The notes: generated by a model not told the origin, from the letters alone. Positions 1 through 8,917 are shown, numbered from the stretch's first letter. The stretch: DNA of 64,000 nucleotides from an uncultured Gemmatimonadaceae bacterium (GCA_963843845.1 CAWJMB010000002.1:1248001-1312000), one strand, 5' to 3'. Made by a program: numbers and translations.

Positions 1-483
1 CCCGCGTTCATCGAGGAGGTGAAGGGCGGCAAGGGCAGCACGCCTCATGGGCTTCGGCCACCGCGTGTACAAGAGCTACGATCCGCGCGCGCGCATCGTG
101 AAGAAGCTCGCCGACGACGTGTTCGCGCAGGTCGGGGCATGGACAAGGACCTCGAGATCGCGCTCGAGCTCGAGCGCATCGCGCTGTCCGACGACTACTT
201 CGTCTCGCGCAAGCTCTACCCGAACGTCGACTTCTACACGGGGCTGATCTACCGCTCGATGGCGTTCCCGACGGACTTCTTCACCGTGCTGTTCGCCGTG
301 GCGCGCACGGCCGGCTGGCTCGCGCAGTGGGAGGAGATGCTGCTCGACAAGGAGCAGAAGATCGCGCGGCCGCGGCAGATCTACATCGGTGCCGCCGGAG
401 CGGGCAGTACGCGAGCCGAGCTGACGGAGCAAGCAGCCGCGGGCGCGGAAGGACTCGATCCGGAAGTGAGTGCGCCTGACTAG
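1..483 (+). CDS. gltA: citrate synthase, C-terminal part (truncated by window edge; frameshifts near 45 and 137, probably sequencing errors)
   Basis: [15 protein letters not shown] in one frame, then [13 protein letters not shown]...[10 protein letters not shown]...IARPRQIY in another; these are conserved citrate synthase motifs. Confidence 0.92.
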   Translation, partial: PAFIEEVKGGKGSTPHGLRPPRVQELRSARAHREEARRRRVRAGRGMDKDLEIALELERIALSDDYFVSRKLYPNVDFYTGLIYRSMAFPTDFFTVLFAVARTAGWLAQWEEMLLDKEQKIARPRQIYIGAAGAGSTRAELTEQAAAGAEGLDPEVSAPD

Positions 484-501
484 CCTCGTCCTCACCATCC
501 C

Positions 502-2469
502 GTGTGCGGCATAGCCGGTTTCCTCGGATCGGTCGGCGGTGACGTCGATCGTGTCGCTCAGTCGATGGGCGACGCGATCGCGCACCGTGGCCCGGACGCG
601 CACGGGGTCTGGACCGACGCGGCGCACGGGATCGCGCTCAGTCATCGCCGACTGTCGATCATCGACCTGAGCGAGGCCGGAGCACAGCCGATGACGTCGG
701 CCTCCGGTCGGTTCGTCCTCGTCTTCAACGGCGAGACGTACAACTTCGGTCCGATCCGCGACGAGCTCTCCGCCGCGGGCGTCGCGTTTCGCGGAACGAG
801 CGACACGGAAGTCCTCCTCGCTGCGTTCGAACGGTGGGGGATCGCCCGGAGCATCCCGCGATTCGCGGGGATGTTCGCATGCGCGGTCTGGGATCGTGAC
901 GAGCGGACGCTGACGCTCATCCGTGACCGCTTGGGAGAGAAGCCGCTCTACTACGGCCGGGTCGGCACGGCCTGGGCGTTCGGGTCGGAACTCAAATCAC
1001 TGCAGGGGCTGCCGGCGTGGCGTGGCGACGTCTCTCCCGCCGCCGCGGCCCAGCTGCTCCGGCACGGCTACGTGCAGGCACCGCTCACGATCTACGACGG
1101 GATCGCGAAGGTGTTGCCAGGGACGTACGTGGTGCTCCGCGCCGGGCGCGAGCCGGTGGCCACGACGTACTGGGATCCGGTCGACGTGGCGCGGCGCGGC
1201 ATCGCGAACCCGCTCACGGGTACGCCCGACGAGATCGCGAGTGAACTCGAAGCGTTACTGCTGCCGATCGTTCGTGACGAGATGATCGCGGACGTGCCGT
1301 TCGGCGCGTTTCTCTCCGGCGGCATCGACTCGTCGCTCGTCGTCGCGCTGATGCAGGCCGTGAGCACGCGACCGGTCCGCACGTTCACGATCGCCGTCGA
1401 CGACGAAGCGTCCAACGAGGCGCCGTTCGCCGCCGCGGTCGCAGCACATCTGGGCACCGAGCACACCGAGATCCCGGTGACCGGCACCGACGTGCTCGAC
1501 ATCATTCCCGACCTGGCCTCCATCTACGACGAGCCGCTCGCCGACCCGTCGCAACTCCCCACGCTGCTCCTGTCGCGCCTCACTCGGCAGCACGTCACCG
1601 TCGCCCTCTCGGGTGACGGCGGCGACGAGCTGTTCGGAGGCTATCAGCACCACCGATCGGTCGGCGGTACGGCAGCGATCGGAGACCGCACGCCACGCTT
1701 CGTGCGCGCACTGCTCGGCCCGGCACTGCTCCGCTTCCCCGAGCCGTCCCCGAACGCGATCACGCGGCTGATCGCAGGTCGCGGGCACCGACCGGCCAAC
1801 ACGATCAACAAGCTCGGCGCGTTCCTCCTCGCGCACGACGAGCAACAGCGCCACAGCGCGCAGCACGCGATGACGGTCCGGCCAGCGCGCTTCCTCGACC
1901 GCCGGTATCGCGACGGCGCCGGGGTCGGCGCGCTCCGCGGGGCGTGGCTACACGAGACGTCGCCGTTCGCCGCGCGCATGCTCTTCGACTCGATCAGCTA
2001 TCTCCCGGACGACATCCTCATGAAGGTCGACCGCGCTGCGATGGCGTACAGTCTCGAGACGCGGGCGCCCTTGCTGGATCACCGCGTCTTCGAGTTCGCG
2101 TGGCGAGTGCCCTACGAGAGGAAGGTTCGTGACGGGATCGGGAAGATGCCCCTGCGCGACGTGCTGTATCGCTATGTGCCGCGCGCGCTGATCGACCGGC
2201 CGAAGCGAGGGTTCGTCGTCCCGCTCGGCGCGTGGCTTCGCGGCCCGCTGCGCGAGTGGGCCGACGAGCTCCTCGCCCCTCGAGCCCTCGCGCACGACGG
2301 TGTCCTCGCCGCCGAACCGGTGGCGCGCCTCTGGTCGCAGCATCGTCGCGGCACGGCCGATCACAGCTACCTGCTCTGGTCGATCCTCGCGCTCTCGGCG
2401 TTCTTGCGCCGTGAGAAGACGGGGGGCGCTCCGTGCGGTGCGCCGGTGCGGCGGACGAGCGCGGCGTGA
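502..2469 (+). CDS. asnB: asparagine synthase (glutamine-hydrolysing) family amidotransferase, copy 1
   Basis: MCGIAG N-terminal nucleophile Cys, HRGPD, RLSIIDL, FLSGGIDSS, SGDGGDELFGGY, KVDRAAMAYSLETRAP. Confidence 0.93.
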   Translation: MCGIAGFLGSVGGDVDRVAQSMGDAIAHRGPDAHGVWTDAAHGIALSHRRLSIIDLSEAGAQPMTSASGRFVLVFNGETYNFGPIRDELSAAGVAFRGTSDTEVLLAAFERWGIARSIPRFAGMFACAVWDRDERTLTLIRDRLGEKPLYYGRVGTAWAFGSELKSLQGLPAWRGDVSPAAAAQLLRHGYVQAPLTIYDGIAKVLPGTYVVLRAGREPVATTYWDPVDVARRGIANPLTGTPDEIASELEALLLPIVRDEMIADVPFGAFLSGGIDSSLVVALMQAVSTRPVRTFTIAVDDEASNEAPFAAAVAAHLGTEHTEIPVTGTDVLDIIPDLASIYDEPLADPSQLPTLLLSRLTRQHVTVALSGDGGDELFGGYQHHRSVGGTAAIGDRTPRFVRALLGPALLRFPEPSPNAITRLIAGRGHRPANTINKLGAFLLAHDEQQRHSAQHAMTVRPARFLDRRYRDGAGVGALRGAWLHETSPFAARMLFDSISYLPDDILMKVDRAAMAYSLETRAPLLDHRVFEFAWRVPYERKVRDGIGKMPLRDVLYRYVPRALIDRPKRGFVVPLGAWLRGPLREWADELLAPRALAHDGVLAAEPVARLWSQHRRGTADHSYLLWSILALSAFLRREKTGGAPCGAPVRRTSAA

Positions 2470-2514
2470 GGTCCATGGACGGCGCCGCGCGGAATGTGGC
2501 GGCGCGCGGCTCGC

Positions 2515-3303
2515 TCAGCGCCCCGCCAGGACCCGGCGCCTGAACGCGAGCCACCGCTCGCCGCCGACAGCTTTCACCACCTTCTTCGCATTCCAGAACG
2601 CGGCCTGCCGCCATGCCGGCATGCGTCGTTCGAGTGCGAATGCGCGGGGTAGGGCGGGCGGGTCGTCGCGCATGATCGAGAACCGTCCGACCACAGCGCC
2701 GCCGGCGACCTGTCGAACGCGCGACGTCGGCTCCGACGTGAACAGCACCGTCAATCCGCTCTCGAACGCCAGTTCGGCGACGCGACGGGAGTAGAAGCCA
2801 GCGGGGACCGAACCCGTCCGCACCGGCGCGCCGAGTACGTCTTCCAGGCGCAGCCGGCTGTCACGCCACTCGGCGGCGATGCGGTGGGACGGGAGCGACG
2901 ACATCCGCATCGGATGCGAGCGCGAATGGCTGCCGATGACGTGACCGCGACCGTACAGCTCACGCAGATCGGCATCGTGCATGAACCCGTCGCGACCGAT
3001 CATGTCGGTCGGCACGAAGAAGAGGCCGCGCCATCCGCGCGACTCGAGCGTGGGCGCCGTGTGGCGGATCGCGCCACTGCCGCCGTCGTCGAACGTGAAC
3101 AGCACGGCATGCGCCCGATCCGGCGCGCGCAGCAGCTGCTCGATCGGCGGCGACGGCACGGCGACGTCGGCGACTGCCTCGTAGTGCCGGCGGAATTCGT
3201 GCTGGCTCAGCTTGTAGATGTCCGCGTCGCCCCCGGCGAAGCCGCTCGTGCCGAACGCATCCGGGTCGACGACGTCATGGTAGAGGAGTGCGGTGATCCT
3301 CAC
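2515..3303 (-). CDS. polysaccharide deacetylase (NodB/CE4 family)
   Basis: C-terminal part of ORF 2515..4068; GTG at 3303 overlaps the upstream stop (GTGA); LLYHDV, TFDDG and GSHSRSHP motifs. Confidence 0.88.
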   Translation of the reverse strand: MRITALLYHDVVDPDAFGTSGFAGGDADIYKLSQHEFRRHYEAVADVAVPSPPIEQLLRAPDRAHAVLFTFDDGGSGAIRHTAPTLESRGWRGLFFVPTDMIGRDGFMHDADLRELYGRGHVIGSHSRSHPMRMSSLPSHRIAAEWRDSRLRLEDVLGAPVRTGSVPAGFYSRRVAELAFESGLTVLFTSEPTSRVRQVAGGAVVGRFSIMRDDPPALPRAFALERRMPAWRQAAFWNAKKVVKAVGGERWLAFRRRVLAGR

Positions 3304-4127
3304 TTCTCGACCATCGCCGCGTCGCCCTTCGCCGCCCCCTGCCGATGCCGTCGTCCGCGTGCCCGCCGCTTCCACCGGAAGTAGCGGGTGAGCCACGGCT
3401 GGCCCCACTCCCCCGACGCGCGTCCGCGCGTGTCGATCGATCTGGCGTCGCCGGCGTGGACCATCTCGATACGATCCCGAACGGCATCGAGGTTGTCGAA
3501 CAGACACCGCTGCTGGATGACGACGTGCGATTCGGCCACCTCGTCGAACGGGTAGCTGAAATACCCGTAGACTGGTCCGGTATCGATGCCTCTGTCGATC
3601 TTCAACAACGTCACGCCCACGTTCGTGACGTCGTCCGTCGCGAGTGCCCAGAAGCCGCCGTGCGCGTTTCGGTACTCGGGGCACACGCCCGGGTGTAGAA
3701 CGAACGTCCCGGTCGTCGGGATGGAGAAGACGCGCTCGGCGAGGAGCGTCTTGCAGCGCGCGATCATGACATCCGGGGCGAGCGCACGGATGAACGCTTC
3801 GGCCTGTGGCGAGTTCGGACTGTGCGTCACGAGTACCGGCGGCGCGGGCGTCGTCGGGTACCGAGCCGCCAGCGTCGCGACGAGCTGCTGCTCCCACTCG
3901 GCGTCGCCGGCCGCCAGCCGCAGACGGTAGTAGAGCCGGAAGGCGAGCACGTCGAGAAAACGGAGCGGGCCCACGCGCTCCAACTCGCGCCGCACACGCT
4001 TCCGCTGCCGTTCGCCTGTCTCGCGGAGCTCGATGATCCCGGCGAGGTCGGAAAACGAGCCGAGCCACCGCGCGAGCCCGTCGCGATCGATGGCTGCACC
4101 GGCATGGCAGATGAGCAGGGTCCGCAT
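3300..4127 (-). CDS. formyltransferase family protein (Formyl_trans_N fold)
   Basis: PDVMIARCKTLL...VLHPGVCPEYRNAHGGFWAL...GVTLLKIDRGIDTGPV resembles the N10-formyl-THF transferase core. Confidence 0.8.
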   Translation of the reverse strand: MRTLLICHAGAAIDRDGLARWLGSFSDLAGIIELRETGERQRKRVRRELERVGPLRFLDVLAFRLYYRLRLAAGDAEWEQQLVATLAARYPTTPAPPVLVTHSPNSPQAEAFIRALAPDVMIARCKTLLAERVFSIPTTGTFVLHPGVCPEYRNAHGGFWALATDDVTNVGVTLLKIDRGIDTGPVYGYFSYPFDEVAESHVVIQQRCLFDNLDAVRDRIEMVHAGDARSIDTRGRASGEWGQPWLTRYFRWKRRARGRRHRQGAAKGDAAMVEK

Positions 4128-4130
4128 CGT

Positions 4131-4748
4131 TCAGGCCCCCGGCTGTCCTGCGGCGTCTTCAGCGCCGGGAACCTTCCGAACGGCGCGGCCCGGGTTGCCG
4201 GCGATGACGGAATTGGCCGCGTACACGCCCGAGCAGACCGTCAGCACGGACGTGATGCAGTTGTCTCCGATCGTCGTCCCGGGCAGCACGACACAGTCGT
4301 CGCCGATCCACACGTTGTCGCCGATGACGACTGGTGCCTTTCTCACAGGGGCGTTCGGATCGCGCCGATTGTGCAGGCCGGTCGGATGGAAGTCGGTGTC
4401 CATGATCCGACAGTTCGCCAGCAACCCGTCGCGACCGACGCTGATCCGCAGCGCGGAGCCGAAGCGGGTGCCGGAGAGTCGCGTGTCGTCGCCGACGGTG
4501 ATCAGCGCGTCGGGGTGGTGCGTGAACGGCGTCACGCGGAGAAACACCGAGACGTCGTCGCCGAACTCGACCCGGCCAGGTCCTTTCACCACGAGCCGGC
4601 CATACACCCGGAAGTTTCGCCCCGCCGTGAACCGCCGACCGGTCAGGGGAAGATACCACTGCAGGAATCGACCTCTCGCGACGGCGAGGGCATATCGAAT
4701 CGCGGTCCCAGGCTCGCGGAGTGCTCGGGCGAGCGTTGCTCGTGCCAT
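4131..4748 (-). CDS. left-handed beta-helix (hexapeptide repeat) acyltransferase
   Basis: IMDTDFH...APVVIGDNVWIGDDCVVLPGTTIGDNC...VIAGNPGR. Confidence 0.88.
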   Translation of the reverse strand: MARATLARALREPGTAIRYALAVARGRFLQWYLPLTGRRFTAGRNFRVYGRLVVKGPGRVEFGDDVSVFLRVTPFTHHPDALITVGDDTRLSGTRFGSALRISVGRDGLLANCRIMDTDFHPTGLHNRRDPNAPVRKAPVVIGDNVWIGDDCVVLPGTTIGDNCITSVLTVCSGVYAANSVIAGNPGRAVRKVPGAEDAAGQPGA

Positions 4749-4790
4749 CAGTCTACGTCCTCACGTCGGTCGTTCGCGGCGTCGTGCCGG

Positions 4791-5432
4791 TCAGGCGAGG
4801 TCGCGCCCGAGGTGGGCATACGACAGCGTGCGTCCGCCGACCCCGCCGTCGACTGTCGCGGCCCCGAACTGTACGAACGACGCACGCTCGTAGAATGCCA
4901 GGGCGCGCGCGTTGTCCGCGGCGACGTCGAGCACGAGGCGACTGGCGCCTGCGGCCGTCGCCGCGTCGACGGCGTGCTGCAGGAGTGCACGTCCGTACCC
5001 GCTCCCCGCCCCGTCCGGCGATACGGCGATCCGCGCGAGGTAGTGGTCGGTCGGAGTCGCGCGGAGCGCGACTCTGCTCGCGCGGTGCAGCCGATCGCGA
5101 AGCGCTGCGTCGCCACGGAGCGGCGCGAACCGACCGGCGGCGAGGGCGGACGCCAGACGCTGATCGCGCAGCGCCGCGTACGAGAGCAGCGAGTACATGC
5201 CGACCGGGTGACCGCCGACGAGCAGCATGCGTCCGTACGGCGGGCTGAAGTCGGCGACCCCCGCGTCGAAGAGGTGCCGGCGAAACTGCTCGGCGAGCTG
5301 CACGTCGTCGCCGAACACGAACGAGTAGTAGGCGACGGATGTCGACGCTTCGAGATCGAGGTAGGCTGCCTCGTGCCCCGAGACGATAGCCGTCAGCTCC
5401 CCGCCGGCGAGCCGCGCGCCGCACTCCGTCAT
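4791..5432 (-). CDS. GNAT family N-acyltransferase
   Basis: ATG at 5432 overlaps the upstream stop (ATGA); YLARIAVSPDGAGSGYGRALL (motif A) and LDVAADNARALAFYER (motif B). Confidence 0.85.
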   Translation of the reverse strand: MTECGARLAGGELTAIVSGHEAAYLDLEASTSVAYYSFVFGDDVQLAEQFRRHLFDAGVADFSPPYGRMLLVGGHPVGMYSLLSYAALRDQRLASALAAGRFAPLRGDAALRDRLHRASRVALRATPTDHYLARIAVSPDGAGSGYGRALLQHAVDAATAAGASRLVLDVAADNARALAFYERASFVQFGAATVDGGVGGRTLSYAHLGRDLA

Positions 5433-6568
5433 GTCGCAGGCGGGTGGCTCAGCGCGATCGTGCCGATCTGCGGCGCATACCGCAACTGCCACCCGCTGTC
5501 GGTCGTGCGTGGGGCGAGCATCGACCACGATGCGCCGTGTGCGGGATCGCACCACGCGAGACAACCAGAGGAACCGAGATGCCCGAAGGAGTCTCGCGAC
5601 GTACGCGGCGGAGTCCAGTGGGGCGCCTTGTCGCCCCGGACCTCCACGCCCAGCCCCCAGGCGCACCGTGCCCAGCTGATTTTCCCCGACGGTCCGAACC
5701 CGAACACGGGGTCGGTCGTCGTGAAGCCGCCGCCCACGCCCCCCGTCTGATCGGTACGGGCGGCCGCGAGTAGCGGCGCTGAGACGAGGGTGGAGGCGTC
5801 GCCGTACGCCTGCGACAGGCTGAGGAGCGCTCGAGCGGTCCCGAACAGCCCTGCCCAGGGGGGTGCGAGCGAGCGCCAGTACGCACTGTTCACAGGCTCG
5901 TAGGGTGTGCCGGTGAATGTGCTGCGGACGTCGGCAAGCCGGGCGGGCTCGCGCGGGAGATCGTTCGCCGGATGCGCGTCGATCGCCAGTGGGGTGAGCA
6001 CGTGGCGTCGCATCGCCGTCCAGAACGCCTCGCCAGTCACGCGCTCGACGAGCGTCGCCAGCAGGCCGTAGCCGACGTTGCTGTACTGCACGATCGAGCC
6101 AGGCGTGTACTGGAGGGGCGTGGCGCGACACGCGTCGGCCAGGTCGCGCACTCCGAGCGCACCGCCGTACGAGATCAGGTCGGTCGGCAGATCGAGCGGC
6201 AGCCCACTCGTGTGCGACAAGAGCGTGCGTACCGTCACTCGCGAGTCGCCCGCCGCCGCACCCTCGACGTACCGCCCGATGACGTCGTCGAGACCGACCT
6301 GCCCGTCGTCGATCAGGCGCAGCACGAGGAGCCCGACCGCCAGCTTGCTCGTCGATGCGAGCGGGAAGAGCGTATCGATGGTCAGCGCCGTCCCGGCCGC
6401 GTCGGTACCGACGGCGAGCTGGTCGATCGATCCGTCGGCACGGTCGATCAACGCCACCAATCCGGGGACGGCATACGGACCGGGTGTCTCGACCGCGCGC
6501 GCAGCGACTTGTGCGAGCGCCCCCTGCGTGCGGGCGTCTCGCACGGGCGGCCCTGCGACCGCACTCAC
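5429..6568 (-). CDS. serine hydrolase, beta-lactamase/AmpC-PBP fold
   Basis: GTG at 6568 overlaps the upstream stop; SxxK (ASTSK), LLSHTSGLP, YSN (QYSNVGY), FGHLG. Confidence 0.88.
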   Translation of the reverse strand: MSAVAGPPVRDARTQGALAQVAARAVETPGPYAVPGLVALIDRADGSIDQLAVGTDAAGTALTIDTLFPLASTSKLAVGLLVLRLIDDGQVGLDDVIGRYVEGAAAGDSRVTVRTLLSHTSGLPLDLPTDLISYGGALGVRDLADACRATPLQYTPGSIVQYSNVGYGLLATLVERVTGEAFWTAMRRHVLTPLAIDAHPANDLPREPARLADVRSTFTGTPYEPVNSAYWRSLAPPWAGLFGTARALLSLSQAYGDASTLVSAPLLAAARTDQTGGVGGGFTTTDPVFGFGPSGKISWARCAWGLGVEVRGDKAPHWTPPRTSRDSFGHLGSSGCLAWCDPAHGASWSMLAPRTTDSGWQLRYAPQIGTIALSHPPAT

Positions 6569-7767
6569 TGCGCGAGGCGCTGTAGCTCTGGCGAGGCGCG
6601 CACCGGCTCCGGCCACCGGGCCGGGTCGTTGCCGTGTTGCGCGAGGAACGCGTGTACCCACCGCTCCAATCCGAAGCCGATGCACACGCTGTGCATCGGT
6701 CCGCCGGCAGAATCCTGGCAGTCGAACACTCTGCCGAAGAAGTCGCTGTGATAGTTCAACGAGCCGACGGCGAGCTGACTTCCGTCGGGCAGGTACGCGG
6801 CGACCTCGTACTTCGTGTCCGAGCTGAGCTGGAAGAACGTCTTCGCGAGCGCATCGTCCGGCGCGACGAAGAACGGATCGCTCGCCGTCCGGATCTCTGC
6901 GGCGATACCGTGGGACTCGAGGAAGTCCGCCATCATCTCGACGCCGCGCTGGCGCTTCTCCAGCACTTCGTCGCGGGTCCCCAGGAAGACGATCTCGCGC
7001 AGCGTGAAGTCCCACAGCCGGCGCAGGTCCTTCATGTTGCTCGACTCGTAGCGGAAGCACTTCCCGCACATCCCGTACGTGATCCCGCCGGCCGCGATCC
7101 TGTCGCCGGCGTGCATGCTGTACGCGTGGTAACACACGGCCGGCGAGAGCGCCGCCTCGGGTTTCTCGAACTGGCCGCTCGCGCGGTCGTCGAGGTCGAG
7201 CCGCGCTTTGTGCCGCGCCTGGAAGTCCTCGACCAGCTCCGTGTCCTCGGGGAGGTGGCTCACGAAGTTGACGATGTGCGGAAACGACTTCAGGTAGTCG
7301 CACTTGGCCAGCGTCTCGACCGGGATCAGCGTCGGCGCCTGCAGCGGGGTCGCCCCGAACGGCGCACCGAACGCGGTGAAGACGCGGTCGAAGTACTGGA
7401 ACAGGGCGAGCGGCATCCCGGAGAGGGCGACCTGACCGGTCGCCATGAATCGGATCCCCGGTGCGTCGCCGGTTCCCCTGAACGTCGGATGGTCGGCCGC
7501 TGCCGTCTTGTGCACGACCGTGCGGGCGAGGTCTCGCAGGCTTCGCTGAACCCGCTGCGCGATCGTCGTCGCTTTCGCCGCGAAGTCGTCCGCCTGCTCC
7601 GACGGTGCGTCGAAGGTGAGACGCGTGCCGCCGTCTTCGAACGCGACGTTCGCGATCCCCTTCGACAGATGGTGCACGCGCTTGCCGATCTCCTCCTGCA
7701 CCATGTCGTTCGCGGCTTTCGCGAGCGCGACGCTCACCCGCGTCACCGACTGCGTGGAACCGCTCAT
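6565..7767 (-). CDS. amino acid:[carrier protein] ligase (class II aaRS homolog, atypical SerRS-like)
   Basis: YLKSFPH, LSPAVCYHAY, KCFRYE (motif 2), FTLREIVFLG, ASDPFF, VGSLNYHSDFFG, HSVCIGFGLERW (motif 3); Cys/Glu/Cys zinc-ligand pattern; adjacent ACP. Confidence 0.85.
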   Translation of the reverse strand: MSGSTQSVTRVSVALAKAANDMVQEEIGKRVHHLSKGIANVAFEDGGTRLTFDAPSEQADDFAAKATTIAQRVQRSLRDLARTVVHKTAAADHPTFRGTGDAPGIRFMATGQVALSGMPLALFQYFDRVFTAFGAPFGATPLQAPTLIPVETLAKCDYLKSFPHIVNFVSHLPEDTELVEDFQARHKARLDLDDRASGQFEKPEAALSPAVCYHAYSMHAGDRIAAGGITYGMCGKCFRYESSNMKDLRRLWDFTLREIVFLGTRDEVLEKRQRGVEMMADFLESHGIAAEIRTASDPFFVAPDDALAKTFFQLSSDTKYEVAAYLPDGSQLAVGSLNYHSDFFGRVFDCQDSAGGPMHSVCIGFGLERWVHAFLAQHGNDPARWPEPVRASPELQRLAQ

Positions 7768-8000
7768 GCGGTCGAGCCTCCGAGCCGGACCACGAGCTCG
7801 TGCATCGCGCGCGGCGTACGGGCGCCGATGAAGTCCTGGTCGGGAATCGACACGTTGAATGCCGACTCGAGCTCCAGGAGCAGTTGCAGCGCGTCGACGG
7901 AGCTGACGCCCGCCTCGAACACGTCTTGATCGGGCTCGATCGCGTCGATCCCCCCGACGTTCGTGACGACCGCGATGACGCTATTGATATCAGGTTGCAT
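7764..8000 (-). CDS. acyl/aminoacyl carrier protein (78 aa)
   Basis: MQPDINS...DVFEAGVSSVDALQLLLELESAFNVSIPDQDF; acidic ACP pattern with predicted phosphopantetheine site Ser34; stop overlaps ligase ATG. Confidence 0.88.
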   Translation of the reverse strand: MQPDINSVIAVVTNVGGIDAIEPDQDVFEAGVSSVDALQLLLELESAFNVSIPDQDFIGARTPRAMHELVVRLGGSTA

Positions 8001-8108
8001 GAGTGTCGATTCCGGCGATGAGCGTGAAGAGACCTCAGACCAGCGCCACGCGTGAGCGCGTGTCGCCGCCGTCCGACGGGTGGCTGCTGCCTCTCCCGAC
8101 CGACGCAA

Positions 8109-8137
8109 AAGATAGCGGCCGCCGATTCACCGTCCAA
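8109..8137 (-). promoter_or_regulatory. candidate sigma70 promoter for the ACP/ligase operon
   Basis: minus strand TTGGAC-N17-TATCTT about 110 bp upstream of the ACP start. Confidence 0.35.
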
Positions 8138-8188
8138 CACGACACCAGCGGCTGCGACGATGCCGCGACGGCGCGCCGGCGGGCGACG

Positions 8189-8917
8189 TCAAGTGTCGGC
8201 GCGTGACCGCCGAGAGTTGATCGTCGGCCCGCGACATCCGTCTCGCCGGTGGGTCTCACAGGTCGAGCGGACCGGGCAGACGTGGCAGCGACGCGCCCGA
8301 GCGGTGCACACCAGCGCACCGAGCTCCATGAGCGCCTGATTGTGCGTCCAGCCCGCGCGCCCCGTCCGTGGGAGTATCGACTCGGCGATCGTCCAGAGTG
8401 CTCGCTGCCCGGTGCCGCGCGTCGGATCGACGTCAGGCGCGAACACGCGACGCAGCACGCGCGCGACGTTCGTGTCGACGAGCGCGGCGCGGCGCTCGTA
8501 TGCGAACGATGCCACCGCGCCGGCGGTGTAGGCACCGACGCCAGGAAGCGCCCGGAGCGCTGCCGGGTCCGCCGGGAGGGCACCGGCTCCGCCCTCGCGA
8601 ACCACGTGGCGCGCGAGCGCGTGCAGGTTGCGAGCGCGCGCGTAGTAGCCGAGGCCCGACCACGCGTCCGTGACCTGGCGAACCGGTACGTCGGCCACGT
8701 GGCCGAGGGTCGGGAAGGCGTCGAGAAACGCCTGGTACTTCGGAATCACCCGGGCGACCTGGGTCTGCTGCAACATCAGCTCGGAGACGAGCACGTGATA
8801 CGCGTCACGCGTTCGTCTCCACGGCAGATCGCGACCTTCGCGGCGGAACCAGGCGGCGAGGTGCCGGCGAAAGCGGCGGACGCGGGCGACGTCGAGCGGC
8901 GGCGGAAGGTCGGGCAC
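8189..8917 (-). CDS. mutY: A/G-specific adenine glycosylase, short form (HhH-GPD plus 4Fe-4S, no C-terminal NUDIX-like domain)
   Basis: RDLPWR, VSELMLQQTQV, WSGLGYYARARNL, LPGVGAYTA, VDTNVARV, NQALMELGALVC-x6-C-x2-C-x5-C. Confidence 0.88.
   Translation of the reverse strand: MPDLPPPLDVARVRRFRRHLAAWFRREGRDLPWRRTRDAYHVLVSELMLQQTQVARVIPKYQAFLDAFPTLGHVADVPVRQVTDAWSGLGYYARARNLHALARHVVREGGAGALPADPAALRALPGVGAYTAGAVASFAYERRAALVDTNVARVLRRVFAPDVDPTRGTGQRALWTIAESILPRTGRAGWTHNQALMELGALVCTARARRCHVCPVRSTCETHRRDGCRGPTINSRRSRADT

Noticed and set aside
6565..7767. Housekeeping seryl-tRNA synthetase
   Set aside because: No long coiled-coil tRNA-binding arm or TxE motif of bacterial SerRS; it has the atypical zinc-type motifs and is coupled to an ACP
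5429..8140. 903-aa ORF spanning ACP, ligase and hydrolase (likewise 2515..4068, 4791..6131, 25719..27881, 60185..62632)
   Set aside because: Stop-poor alternate frames in high-GC DNA or chimeras caused by indels; the real genes have their own coupled starts
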